Source: Minisyncoccota bacterium (GTDB lineage Bacteria; Patescibacteriota; Minisyncoccia; Phycocordibacterales; UBA9973). From it: a stretch of 52,809 bases of DNA. The DNA is taken from positions 1-52,809 of the forward strand of contig DALYDA010000002.1 of assembly GCA_031973435.1 (NCBI GenBank). Direction: 5' to 3'. Positions 43,519 to 52,809 of the stretch are shown here, piece after piece. The notes under the pieces were generated by a model. It saw only the letters and a list, made by a program, of their open reading frames with translations. It had not been told where the DNA came from and ran no database searches. Within the stretch, counting starts at the first letter, position 1. Each line of letters starts with the position of its first letter. Made by a program: the position numbers and the translations under genes.

Positions 43519-45306
43519 CTATTCTTGGTATTCCTTTGCCTGAGCGTCATACATTTCATTATACTTACCTTTTTTGGCAGTGAGCTCTTCGTGAGTTCCA
43601 ATCTCTAGTATGGATCCTTTCTCCAACACTATTATTCTGTCAGCTCTTTTTACAGTGTTGAATCTGTGAGAAATAATCATAATAGTTCTATTTCTTTCTT
43701 CTTCGAATAGTTGGTTGAATATTCTCGATTCTGCAAGTGCGTCTATCGCAGCAGTTGGCTCGTCCAGTATGAGAAGCTTTGAGTCACGAAGAAGGAATCT
43801 TGCAAGTGCCACTTTTTGCTTTTGCCCGCGAGACAACTCCACTCCACCTTTGAACTGTCGTCCGAGTGTTTGGTCAAATTTCTTCGGCAAATCGTTTATG
43901 AACTCTATTGCATGCGCCTTCTTTGCTGCCTCCTCTACTTGAGCTAGAGACACACTAGATGGATCTCCACTAGAGCCGTATGATATCTGGTCCTTTATAG
44001 AGTCCGTGTATGTAGCGAAGTCTTGTGTCATAAAGGAAATACTTTTTTGCCAGTCGAGCGCTTTTATCTCTGACAGGTCCTTTCCGTTTATGAGAATCTT
44101 GCCTTCTGTTGGAGTATACATTTTGGAAAGTAGTTTTATGAGAGTTGTTTTACTTGCACCGTTCTCTCCTACTATTGCTATTCTTTCGTTTGGTGAAATC
44201 TTGAAATTGATTTTCTTTAGTACAAATTTGTCAGTTTCAGGATATTTGAATGAAACATTTTGAAATGTTATCTCAACAGAATCCTGTTTTGCAAATGGAG
44301 TTCCATCATCCTCACTAAAGATAGGCACAGTCCCCAACAGAACAAAATACTCTTTCGCAAAATTTATATGTTCGCGCACTCTTCCAAGGGATCTAAATAT
44401 ACTAGCTGACGAATACTGGAATGTCTGGAAAGAGGTGTACACGAAGAGCATTGTTCCGATCTCAAGTTCACCTCCTATTGCTAATTTGACCAAAAGGATG
44501 ATCGAAAGTACAAAACAAATAACGTGTATTACCTCTCCCACGAGTTTGTACTTAAATGTTTTGTAGTTTATAGCATTTGTTTCTCCGTCGAACTCTTCTT
44601 GGTAGCCAAAAAGTTTTTTTGCATAAAATGTAGTTTTGCCTATGAGTTTGAGTTCAGTAAGGTTCATCGGAGAAAGAAAGTGCCCCAGTTTTGCTTTTCG
44701 ATGTTTTCTGTTGTCTATCTCTTTGTTCCAAAGATAAAATATATTTTTTGCTGCCTCCTTCTCGATAAAATAGCTCGGTAGAACTGACAAGATAGCAAGG
44801 ACTGCAAGCCTATAATCAAATGTCAGGAATATCGCAGCTGCTGCGATGAGGCGCATAAGATCAGAGAAATTTCTAAAAAACCAACTGTTTAGAGAACTGA
44901 CCGACGATGTACCTCGATCACTCACCTTTTGGTTTAGATCTTGAAAAGTCTTTCCTTCGATAGTCCCGAGATCTAATGATGATATCTTGTTTATCCACTT
45001 ACGGAGCATGTAAAGATCTATTCTTTTGAATAGTTTCTCCCCCATGTATTGATCATAGTGGTCTGTTAGGTTTGGTATGAGGTTTGCAAATATAAGTATA
45101 ACTATTGTAATAATAAGTCTCTTTGAATCGAGAACTCCAGTTGCTATAGAGTCGGCAACTATGTTTATGATCTCAGCAAAAGAAGCCATTGTTATAAATG
45201 ACCAAGAAGAAACTATTATCGTCGTTAGGATGGTTAGTAAAAAGGCTTTTTTATCAGCCCTAAAACCAGTCCCAACAGAATTTATGAATACCCTGTATCC
45301 TGTCAT
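43519..45306 (-). CDS. ABC transporter, fused permease/ATPase (MsbA-like exporter)
   Basis: 595 aa; 6 TM plus Walker A GENGASKTT, signature LSRGQKQKVALAR, Walker B LLILDEPT. Confidence 0.9.
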   Translation of the reverse strand: MTGYRVFINSVGTGFRADKKAFLLTILTTIIVSSWSFITMASFAEIINIVADSIATGVLDSKRLIITIVILIFANLIPNLTDHYDQYMGEKLFKRIDLYMLRKWINKISSLDLGTIEGKTFQDLNQKVSDRGTSSVSSLNSWFFRNFSDLMRLIAAAAIFLTFDYRLAVLAILSVLPSYFIEKEAAKNIFYLWNKEIDNRKHRKAKLGHFLSPMNLTELKLIGKTTFYAKKLFGYQEEFDGETNAINYKTFKYKLVGEVIHVICFVLSIILLVKLAIGGELEIGTMLFVYTSFQTFQYSSASIFRSLGRVREHINFAKEYFVLLGTVPIFSEDDGTPFAKQDSVEITFQNVSFKYPETDKFVLKKINFKISPNERIAIVGENGASKTTLIKLLSKMYTPTEGKILINGKDLSEIKALDWQKSISFMTQDFATYTDSIKDQISYGSSGDPSSVSLAQVEEAAKKAHAIEFINDLPKKFDQTLGRQFKGGVELSRGQKQKVALARFLLRDSKLLILDEPTAAIDALAESRIFNQLFEEERNRTIMIISHRFNTVKRADRIIVLEKGSILEIGTHEELTAKKGKYNEMYDAQAKEYQE

Positions 45307-45312
45307 GTATGT

Positions 45313-46263
45313 TTAATATAGATTTACCCCTATTTTCTCTCTAATCTCTTTCATTTTCTTATCGGCGACAGCGTGAGCTCTCTCTCCTCCGTCTTCAAGT
45401 ATTTTCAAAACCTCTTCTTTGTTTTGTTCAAAGTATTTTCTTCTCTCGCGCATCGGAGCAATAAATTCTTCAATATCTTCAATCAATGCTTCTTTCAAAT
45501 CCTTGTATTTACCTTTCTTTTCTTCGTAAAGGGCGTTTAGTGAAGCTTCATCTCTAAATAGTTTGTGAATTTGGAAAACATTTTCTGGTCTTTCTCCGCT
45601 TGAGTCTGTAACAATACTCATCACCGCTTTTACAATCTCGTCCCGTTCTGCAAAAAGAGGAATTGTGTTCCCATAACTTTTTGACATTTTCTGGCCATCA
45701 ATACCTGGAACAATAGCAACACTTTCAAGAATCATTTCTTTTGGAAGCTTGAATGTATCTCCAAATATTCGGTTGAACTTCTCAGCTGTATCCCGTGCAA
45801 TTTCTACGTGTTGCTTTTGATCTTGCCCAACAGGAACAACGTCAGTGTCATAAAGTAAAATATCTGCCGCCATCAAAAGAGGATAATCAAAAGTTCCAAC
45901 ATTTATGTCTTTGTTCTTTGCTTCTGCATCCTTGAAAGCGTGTGCCCTCATAAGAAATGGCATTGTTGTTATCGTATTGAAAACCCATGCGCATTCTGTG
46001 TGTGCAGACACATCAGATTGTTTGAAAATTATAGATTTTTTCGGATCAAGTCCGATTGCGAGGTAATCCATCGCAACTCCTAGTATATTCATCTCCATTT
46101 CTTCACGAGACTGAATACCGTTGAGTGCATGATAATCTGCAATCATGAAAAAGCTGTTGTAATCTTTCTCAAATTCAACAAACTGGCGCATAGCACCAAA
46201 GTAGTTACCAATATGAGGGCGTCCTGTTGGTTTGACACCTGAGAGCATTCGTTTTTTATCCAT
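45313..46263 (-). CDS. trpS: Tryptophanyl-tRNA synthetase
   Basis: 316 aa; GVKPTGRPHIGNY (HIGH) and KMSKS motifs. Confidence 0.93.
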   Translation of the reverse strand: MDKKRMLSGVKPTGRPHIGNYFGAMRQFVEFEKDYNSFFMIADYHALNGIQSREEMEMNILGVAMDYLAIGLDPKKSIIFKQSDVSAHTECAWVFNTITTMPFLMRAHAFKDAEAKNKDINVGTFDYPLLMAADILLYDTDVVPVGQDQKQHVEIARDTAEKFNRIFGDTFKLPKEMILESVAIVPGIDGQKMSKSYGNTIPLFAERDEIVKAVMSIVTDSSGERPENVFQIHKLFRDEASLNALYEEKKGKYKDLKEALIEDIEEFIAPMRERRKYFEQNKEEVLKILEDGGERAHAVADKKMKEIREKIGVNLY

Positions 46264-46269
46264 GGCAAA

Positions 46270-46278
46270 ATTATAACA
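46270..46278 (-). promoter_or_regulatory. Extended -10 TGtTATAAT, 6 nt before the trpS ATG
   Basis: Minus strand TGTTATAAT-tttgcc-ATG. Confidence 0.6.
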
Positions 46279-46366
46279 AAAAAGGCAGATTTAGTCTCCT
46301 TTTCGAGGTATCCACATTTCTCACACATTCCCCTGCTTTCTAGTTTGTGTTCCGTGAGCATGTGCG

Positions 46367-46375
46367 TGCTACAAT
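46367..46375 (+). promoter_or_regulatory. Extended -10 TGcTACAAT, 6 nt before the dnaB ATG
   Basis: TGCTACAAT-cacatt-ATG (ATG at 46382). Confidence 0.6.
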
Positions 46376-46381
46376 CACATT

Positions 46382-47779
46382 ATGAAAACGGACAAGTCAT
46401 ACAAAGAGTACGTTCCACCAAACGATGCACAAGCCGAAAAGGCAGTGCTAGGTTCAGTAATGCTCCGAGGTGGAGCGTTGTATGAAATAACAGACACTCT
46501 TGTCCCCGACTCTTTTTACTCTGAAAAGAATAAAGCTCTATATAGACTCATACTAGAGCTCTCTTCACGTGGCGATCCACTCGATCTCGTTTCTATAACA
46601 AGTCGTGCAAAAGAAAAGAAAACACTAGAGAGTATCGGAGGTGCGTCATACCTAACAAGTCTTGTTGAAGAAGTTCCTACGTCTGCGAACATAAAGCACT
46701 ATGCAGGAATAGTACACAAAAAGTTTCTCTTGAGATCTCTTATCGAGTCTGCAAGAGAGATTGATCAACTTGCTCGTGATGATGGAGGTAGAGATGTAGA
46801 TGATATCTTGAACAAAGCAGAGCAAAAGATATTTGCTGTTTCTCAATCTCAAAAACATCATAAGTTCGTAAGTATCAAACAAGCACTCGCAGAGACATGG
46901 GATGAACTAGAGCACTTGCATGCAAACAAGGGTGAACTTCGAGGTATCCCAACTGGTTTTAGAGACCTAGACAAGATGTTGGCAGGACTACAAAGATCAG
47001 ACCTCATCATACTAGCCGCTAGACCATCTGTCGGTAAGACAACTCTGGCACTAGACATCGCTAGACAAACAGCAACCAAACACAACATGTCTGTAGGTAT
47101 TTTCTCACTTGAAATGAGTGCTTCACAGCTAACACAAAGAATGCTTGCTGCAGAATCTCAAGTTTCTGCATGGAACCTTCGAACTGGTAACATTTCTTCT
47201 GATCGAGAATTCTCTGTAATAAGTGAAGCGCTAGATAGACTCGCAAAAGCAAAAATATATATCGATGACAAAGCTGCGAACACTATCGTTTCTATGCGTT
47301 CAGTGGCACGAAGATGGATGAGTGAATACGGACTCGATATGATAATCGTAGACTACCTTCAGCTTATGGCTTCTACCAAAGATTATGACTCTATGGTAAA
47401 TCAGGTTACTGAAATCTCTAGATCACTCAAACAACTAGCTCGAGAACTAAACGTTCCGGTTCTAGCACTGTCACAGTTATCTCGTGCAGTTGAAGCTCGT
47501 GGAGGCCGACCAAGACTCTCTGACCTTCGAGACTCCGGTTCTATCGAGCAAGATGCTGACGTTGTTATGTTCTTACACAGAGAGGACAAATACAAAGAAC
47601 AAAGTGAAAAGACAAACATAGTTGAAGTTTTGATCGAGAAGCACAGAAACGGACCAACTGGAATGGTTGAACTGTTCTTCGATGGTGCAAAGACAACTTA
47701 CCTCTCAATCGAGAAGCATTATGAAAAAAGTGGAATAGAGGCTCCGACAAATGGCGCAGTTTCTGTAGACAATTTCTAA
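46382..47779 (+). CDS. dnaB: Replicative DNA helicase
   Basis: 465 aa; N-terminal DnaB domain, Walker A ARPSVGKTT, RecA-like C-domain. Confidence 0.95.
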   Translation: MKTDKSYKEYVPPNDAQAEKAVLGSVMLRGGALYEITDTLVPDSFYSEKNKALYRLILELSSRGDPLDLVSITSRAKEKKTLESIGGASYLTSLVEEVPTSANIKHYAGIVHKKFLLRSLIESAREIDQLARDDGGRDVDDILNKAEQKIFAVSQSQKHHKFVSIKQALAETWDELEHLHANKGELRGIPTGFRDLDKMLAGLQRSDLIILAARPSVGKTTLALDIARQTATKHNMSVGIFSLEMSASQLTQRMLAAESQVSAWNLRTGNISSDREFSVISEALDRLAKAKIYIDDKAANTIVSMRSVARRWMSEYGLDMIIVDYLQLMASTKDYDSMVNQVTEISRSLKQLARELNVPVLALSQLSRAVEARGGRPRLSDLRDSGSIEQDADVVMFLHREDKYKEQSEKTNIVEVLIEKHRNGPTGMVELFFDGAKTTYLSIEKHYEKSGIEAPTNGAVSVDNF

Positions 47780-47782
47780 TAT

Positions 47783-48391
47783 ATGAATAGTATAGAAAAA
47801 CTTGCACAAGAGTTTGCAAACTTTCCTGGTATCGGCGAACGACAAGCAAAGAGGTTTGTTTATTTCCTACTCCGAGTGTCAAAAGAAAGAAGGAACAACT
47901 TGGCATATCTTATCAACCAAGTATCTGAAACAGTATCTGAGTGCCAGATGTGTTTCCGGTATTTTGAAGGTAAAAGTAATACTTGCTCAGATTGTGCAAA
48001 CCCAGCGAAAGATAAATCTATTCTAATGGTTGTAGAAAAAGATGCAGACTATGAAGGGATGAAGAAGTCCGGTGCATACAATGGACTGTACTTTCTACTC
48101 GGAGGCTCTATCCCAATAGTTGAGAAAAATACAAATCAAAGAGTGAGAATGAACCAGTTACTAGATCGGATAAAAACTGACATAAATAAAAATAATCTTA
48201 GTGAAGTAATACTCGCATTTTCCGCGAGTCGTGACGGAGACCATACTGCAGATATAGTACGCGAAAATATTCAAAAAACTTTTGGAACAGAATTAAAGAT
48301 AACTACACTAGGAAAGGGACTCTCGACTGGAACTGAGATCGAGTACTCAGATACTGACACGCTAAGTAATGCTCTAAAAAGTAGATACTAA
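47783..48391 (+). CDS. recR: Recombination protein RecR
   Basis: 202 aa; HhH N-terminus, C4 zinc finger CQMC...CSDC, Toprim domain. Confidence 0.92.
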   Translation: MNSIEKLAQEFANFPGIGERQAKRFVYFLLRVSKERRNNLAYLINQVSETVSECQMCFRYFEGKSNTCSDCANPAKDKSILMVVEKDADYEGMKKSGAYNGLYFLLGGSIPIVEKNTNQRVRMNQLLDRIKTDINKNNLSEVILAFSASRDGDHTADIVRENIQKTFGTELKITTLGKGLSTGTEIEYSDTDTLSNALKSRY

Positions 48392-48418
48392 AAATAAAAA
48401 ATCAGGAATAATACCTGA

Positions 48419-48778
48419 TTAACTCTTTAAAGGTTTTTTCCATTGTAATTCTGTTTCTCCGGTGATACATGTACTTCTGAGACTCTCCACCTTTCCTGTT
48501 AAAGGAACCGCGTGATCAAAACCGGATTCTCCCTGGGGGACACTGTATACAAGTTTTAATCCCCCTGTCTCCGGATTATCAAAAGTTAGTAACTCAATCA
48601 CAGAAATGCCCTTTTTAATTAAACAGAATGAGACTGAGAACTCGCTCACAAAAAGAGCCTTTCTTTCTTGAATGTGTCCGGGATATTCTCCTTCAAGCAT
48701 ATATACTTCAAATGAATAAGAGCTATAAGAGTGAACGAAACCTGTGCATATTGGTTCCTTTTCTAAAACTGGGTACAT
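48419..48778 (-). CDS. Hypothetical protein (119 aa)
   Basis: ORF only; no recognisable domain. Confidence 0.45.
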   Translation of the reverse strand: MYPVLEKEPICTGFVHSYSSYSFEVYMLEGEYPGHIQERKALFVSEFSVSFCLIKKGISVIELLTFDNPETGGLKLVYSVPQGESGFDHAVPLTGKVESLRSTCITGETELQWKKPLKS

Positions 48779-48822
48779 TGTATTTGGTTTTTTCTCAGTC
48801 TACTATAATCTTGCTTTCAGTC

Positions 48823-48873
48823 AACCCAGAACTTAAAAAGCCCTCTTCTTGAGGGCCTTTTAAGTTCTGGGTT
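48823..48873. repeat. 23-bp-arm inverted repeat (22/23 paired) abutting the rplU stop
   Basis: AACCCAGAACTTAAAAAGCCCTC-TTCTT-GAGGGCCTTTTAAGTTCTGGGTT. Confidence 0.8.
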
Positions 48874-49232
48874 TATTTTATAGCTGTTATTTGTATTTCT
48901 GAGAATGGCTGTCTGTGTCCCTTTTTCTTGAAGTATCTACTCTTTTGTTTGTATTTGATAACAATAACTTTCTTTGCCTTTCCGTTCTTGATGAACTTAG
49001 CCTCAACTTTTGCTCCCTTTATAAATGGGTCTCCGATAGTTGTAGCTCCTTTTCCGTCGTCTACAAGCAATACATCGTCAAATGATATTGATTTTCCTTC
49101 TTCCATGTCATCTCCAAGTTTTTCTACTCTGAAAACATCTCCAACAGCAACTTTGTACTGTTTTCCCCCTGTATCTATAACAGCGAATTCCCCCTCAGAA
49201 ACTGTCTTTTTTGTTGTTTTCTTTGTAGCCAT
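48873..49232 (-). CDS. rplU: 50S ribosomal protein L21
   Basis: FAVIDTGGKQYKV core. ATG 49232 (MATKKTTKK...) preferred because TGaTAGAAT lies inside the longer ORF. Confidence 0.9.
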   Translation of the reverse strand: MATKKTTKKTVSEGEFAVIDTGGKQYKVAVGDVFRVEKLGDDMEEGKSISFDDVLLVDDGKGATTIGDPFIKGAKVEAKFIKNGKAKKVIVIKYKQKSRYFKKKGHRQPFSEIQITAIK

Positions 49233-49270
49233 AAGTAAATAGGATTCTATCATATTCCTTATAAAATGCC

Positions 49271-49289
49271 AAGTATTTGTCAAATACTT
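49271..49289. repeat. Perfect 9+1+9 palindrome in the rplU/corA divergent region
   Basis: AAGTATTTG-T-CAAATACTT, overlapping the corA -35 by 2 nt. Confidence 0.7.
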
Positions 49290-49316
49290 ACAAATCGGTC
49301 AAATATTGGGTATAAT
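49288..49316 (+). promoter_or_regulatory. Promoter TTACAA-17-TATAAT, 6 nt before the corA ATG
   Basis: -35 at 49288-49293, -10 at 49311-49316, spacer ctaacc, ATG 49323. Confidence 0.65.
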
Positions 49317-49322
49317 CTAACC

Positions 49323-50261
49323 ATGGTTTCAAAATATAGTTATAAAAAGATTACTTGGGTTGATCTGATATCCCCTACGGTAGAGGAAGTAGAAGCATGC
49401 GCAGAAACATATGGCATCCCAGATGCTGTAAAGGAGGAAATTCTTCGTCCAACACCCAGAGGGCGTGTTGATCTGTATGATGATGTTGTATATTTGGTCC
49501 TACACTTTCCTGATATATCAAACTTTAGTTGCAAATCAAACAATTCTGAATGCGAAGTACTCGATGAGGAGTTCAACTTTGTAGTAACTAAAGATGCTGT
49601 CCTTACAATACATCCAAGAAAAAGTGAAGTTCTAAATAACATGGCGGAAAAGTTCGACTCACCTATCATTGACGGTATGCCTATGTTTAAGGGATCAAGC
49701 CATGACTTTTTCTTTAGTCTTCTTGTTCAACTATATAGAGGTGCAACACACCAAGTGTCAGATTTCGACGATGTTTTGCAAAGTATCAAAGAAGATATTT
49801 TTGATAAAAAAGAAGCAAAAATGGTTGGAAGGATTTCTACAGTAAACCACTATCTCCTTGATGTAAAACAGATTACAAGATTTCATGGAGATATTCTAAA
49901 CTCTTTAGACACCATTGGAAAAGATTTTTTTGGTCATACTTTCCCGCTCAAGTCTTCAAGTGTGTTTGGTGAATACAACAAGATGACGGCACTTCTAGAA
50001 AGTCACAGAGAAATACTCGCTGATCTTCGAATCACTAACGATTCCCTTCTCCAAACTAGTAATAACGATGCTATTCGTATACTCACAATTATTACAGTGA
50101 TCATGCTGCCTCTTACTTTGGTAACAGGCTTCTTTGGGATGAACACTTTTGATGGTGTTGAGATTATACAAGGGTATGACTCGATTGCATTCATAGCACT
50201 TTCCATGTTTGTAATTGCTTTCTCAATGTATATATACTTCAAATCTAAAAAATGGCTATAA
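49323..50261 (+). CDS. corA: CorA-family magnesium/cobalt transporter
   Basis: C-terminal two TM with the GFFGMN (GMN) motif. Start set by promoter position. Confidence 0.88.
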   Translation: MVSKYSYKKITWVDLISPTVEEVEACAETYGIPDAVKEEILRPTPRGRVDLYDDVVYLVLHFPDISNFSCKSNNSECEVLDEEFNFVVTKDAVLTIHPRKSEVLNNMAEKFDSPIIDGMPMFKGSSHDFFFSLLVQLYRGATHQVSDFDDVLQSIKEDIFDKKEAKMVGRISTVNHYLLDVKQITRFHGDILNSLDTIGKDFFGHTFPLKSSSVFGEYNKMTALLESHREILADLRITNDSLLQTSNNDAIRILTIITVIMLPLTLVTGFFGMNTFDGVEIIQGYDSIAFIALSMFVIAFSMYIYFKSKKWL

Positions 50262-51628
50262 AATTCTACAATACATTAAACAAAGGTCTAACCGAGCTCG
50301 ATAAATCTCCTGGTGAGATGGTTGGGATGTATAACTGCGGACCAACAGTATATGACTATGTACACATAGGCAATCTTCGTTCATATGTGTTTGCTGACAC
50401 TATAAAGAGAGTGCTCCTCCAAAATGGATACGGTGTAATGCAAGTAATGAATCTAACAGATATAGGACACTTAAAGAGTGATGGAGATACTGGTGAGGAT
50501 AAGATGATGATCGCACTAAAAAGAGAGAACAAGCCAGTTACTATTTCTGCCATGAAAGAGATTGCTACTTTCTACAGAGACAGATTTGTAGAGGACCTAC
50601 TTTCTCTCAATATTTCATACCCGGACAAGCTGGAATTTGCGAGTAACCATGTAGATGACGACATTTCACTCATAAGTAAGCTCGATGAAAAGGGTTTTAC
50701 ATACAAAACCACAGACGGGTTGTATTTTGATACTTCAAAGGATCCAAACTATGGGAAGCTTGGTGGGCTTAACTTAAGTAAAGAAAATAGCGAGTCAAGG
50801 ATCGGTGACAACAGTGAAAAGAGGAATCCTAGTGATTTTGCATTGTGGAAATTTAACGACGAGCTTGGTTACGAGGCACCTTGGGGAAAGGGCTTTCCAG
50901 GGTGGCACGTAGAATGTTCTTCTATGTCTATGAAGTTTCTTGGAGAGACTTTCGACATCCATACAGGAGGTATAGACCATATACCAGTGCACCACAACAA
51001 TGAGATAGCACAGTCAGAATGCGCTACTGGTGTTCCATATGTAAAGATCTGGATGCACAATGCTTTCGTAACACTCACTGATAGCGAAAGGATGGCTAAG
51101 TCTCTCGGAAACACTATCCGCCTTCGCGACTTGTCCGATGCAGGAGTATCCCCACATTCATACAGATTGTGGTTACTTACTGCACACTACCGAAAGGAAG
51201 TTTCTTTTACATGGGATGCAGTTCGTGCTGCAGAAGTTGCATTAAAAAGACTTTATGCAATATATGATAATTTACCATTGCAAAGTGAAGATAGAAATTC
51301 ATACCTAGATTCCTTCGAGGAAGTAATGAGAGATGATCTAGATACACCGAAAGCAATATCTCTAATGTGGGACATGCTAAGAGACGAAAACATTGACGTT
51401 GCTTCAAAAAAATACTCACTAGAAGTTATGGACAAATATCTAGGATTGGGAATTTCAAATAGAGAGAAAATAGTTATCCCTGAAAAAGTTCATAATCTGG
51501 TGAAAGATCGTGAGGATGCTCGAGAAGCACAGAACTTTGCATTGGCTGATGAAATAAGAATGCAAATAGAAAAAGAAGGTTTCTTGGTGAAAGATACCAA
51601 AGACGGCCCTCTTATATCTAAAATCTAA
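50252..51628 (+). CDS. cysS: Cysteinyl-tRNA synthetase
   Basis: 458 aa; HIGN, KMAKSLGN (KMSKS), WHVECS zinc site. Overlaps corA by 10 nt. Confidence 0.93.
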   Translation: MAIKFYNTLNKGLTELDKSPGEMVGMYNCGPTVYDYVHIGNLRSYVFADTIKRVLLQNGYGVMQVMNLTDIGHLKSDGDTGEDKMMIALKRENKPVTISAMKEIATFYRDRFVEDLLSLNISYPDKLEFASNHVDDDISLISKLDEKGFTYKTTDGLYFDTSKDPNYGKLGGLNLSKENSESRIGDNSEKRNPSDFALWKFNDELGYEAPWGKGFPGWHVECSSMSMKFLGETFDIHTGGIDHIPVHHNNEIAQSECATGVPYVKIWMHNAFVTLTDSERMAKSLGNTIRLRDLSDAGVSPHSYRLWLLTAHYRKEVSFTWDAVRAAEVALKRLYAIYDNLPLQSEDRNSYLDSFEEVMRDDLDTPKAISLMWDMLRDENIDVASKKYSLEVMDKYLGLGISNREKIVIPEKVHNLVKDREDAREAQNFALADEIRMQIEKEGFLVKDTKDGPLISKI

Positions 51629-52809
51629 TTATTTTTCTTGGAAGAGTTCGATGATGAACGTACTTCCCTTTTCCTTTCCTTCTGATTCTACCCAGATGTT
51701 TCCTTTGTGTGCAGCGATTATTTGTTTTGCTAGATACAAACCTAGTCCTGAGCCAGTAGTATTCATGCGTGCTCCATCCCCTCTGCTAAACTTTTGGAAC
51801 AATCTTTCTTTTACTTCAGGTGTTACTCCCATACCAGAGTCTTTGACTTCAAGTCTAATTGTGTTTTGTGTTGGTTTGAAAACTTTTATATCAACTCCTC
51901 CCTCTTTTGTATATTTTATAGAGTTATCGAATAGATTTAGTATTACTTGTCTCATTTTTTCTTGATCCATTGAAATTGTGTAGTCTCCCTCAGAAACATT
52001 TAGAACAAATCCTAGGTTTCTTTGTTTGGCTGTGATCTCAACGAGTCCGAATACATCTTTTACAAGTGCGTCGAACTTTGTATCATCGGTCATGTTGAAT
52101 ACCATTCCCCTTTGTTCTATCTTTGAGACATTGAGCAAGTCCTCAACTATTTTTACCAAGTGCTCTGTCGACTGGTAGACGCGTGTTACAGGCTCTTTTT
52201 GCTCCTCAGATATTGGTCCGTATGTTCCATCTAGAACCATAGATGTATAGCCTTTTATGGCAGTAAGCGGACTTCTGAGCTGGTGAGATGCCAAAGAGAG
52301 GAACTCTGTTTTTAGTTTGTCCAAACCTTTTAGTTTTTCATTGGCAGACGCTAGGTCACCAGTTAGCTTCTGGAGTTCAACTCTCTGCTTCACTTCTCGC
52401 ATTACTGACTTGATCAATAAATAACCAAATATAACCAAGAATATAAGCGTAATAGCAATTAATGCATGGATTATATAGATATCTTGAATAAACAAAAGCG
52501 AAGCCACTAAGAATGAAATTACGAATACGAGTATTTGTGTTCCCAAGAGTTTCAAATTGAATGTCTTGTATTTTAGTGTCATGTAAGACAATAGTCCTAC
52601 AAATGCTGCAACTCCCACGGGTCCTACGAGGTTTATTTCGTAAGTTTTAAATATCTCTGCAAAGATATTTGAAGCAGAAAAAAGTCCAAGTAAGAATATT
52701 ACACCGAGCGATGCAAGTATGATCGGACTTCGCACTTCCTTTTGCTTGGTAGCATTCCTGTATTTTCTGATAGCGACAATTGCTATCCATAGTAGACTCA
52801 ATATTTCAA
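51629..52809 (-). CDS. Sensor histidine kinase (5' end runs off the window)
   Basis: Multi-TM N-terminal part, H-box SHQLRSPLT, N/G boxes (NLFDNSIKYT, GSGLGLYLAK). The reading frame stays open to the window edge. Confidence 0.85.
   Translation of the reverse strand, partial: EILSLLWIAIVAIRKYRNATKQKEVRSPIILASLGVIFLLGLFSASNIFAEIFKTYEINLVGPVGVAAFVGLLSYMTLKYKTFNLKLLGTQILVFVISFLVASLLFIQDIYIIHALIAITLIFLVIFGYLLIKSVMREVKQRVELQKLTGDLASANEKLKGLDKLKTEFLSLASHQLRSPLTAIKGYTSMVLDGTYGPISEEQKEPVTRVYQSTEHLVKIVEDLLNVSKIEQRGMVFNMTDDTKFDALVKDVFGLVEITAKQRNLGFVLNVSEGDYTISMDQEKMRQVILNLFDNSIKYTKEGGVDIKVFKPTQNTIRLEVKDSGMGVTPEVKERLFQKFSRGDGARMNTTGSGLGLYLAKQIIAAHKGNIWVESEGKEKGSTFIIELFQEK

Noticed and set aside
1-52809. 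Alternative genetic code (UGA recoding as in some CPR lineages)
   Set aside because: All conserved genes give full-length products with expected termini under the standard code in the supplied ORF track. No split conserved genes were seen.

Overview
AT-rich, gene-dense 52.8-kb chromosomal window with about 65 CDS. Housekeeping content: a dcw fragment (mraY-ftsW-murG); gltX, aspS, trpS and cysS; gatB, glmS, dnaB-recR, scpAB, engB, rsmI; rpmA, rplI, rplU. A sugar-phosphate block runs from 23.9 to 34.3 kb (class II FBA, PfkB kinase, split transketolase, rpe, rpiB, gap). Many small N-terminally anchored hypothetical proteins are interspersed. Split transketolase, archaeal-type AspRS plus GatB, near absence of Shine-Dalgarno sequences and small protein sizes suggest a reduced-genome Patescibacteria/CPR-like bacterium. 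That assignment is inference only. All conserved genes are intact under the standard code. I recognised no rRNA, tRNA, CRISPR array, transposase, integrase or known defence system. Main observations: (1) at least ten genes share an exact (TGn)TATAAT-N6-ATG arrangement, implying leaderless mRNAs. (2) A canonical T-box antiterminator/terminator with a compact upstream part precedes aspS. (3) A diverged 28-codon copy of the gap 3' end, with its own terminator, lies about 390 bp downstream of the intact gap, and a 100-aa ORF sits between them. (4) An HExxH protein gene is wedged between the two transketolase halves. (5) Three noncoding-looking units are bounded by near-consensus -35/-10 promoters and intrinsic terminators; I could not classify them. 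(6) A small island encodes a signal-peptide beta-barrel-like protein ending in Phe, a 4-TM protein, and a Zn-ribbon protein carrying the only strong SD I noticed at the gene starts I examined. No single complete novel system could be demonstrated from sequence alone.
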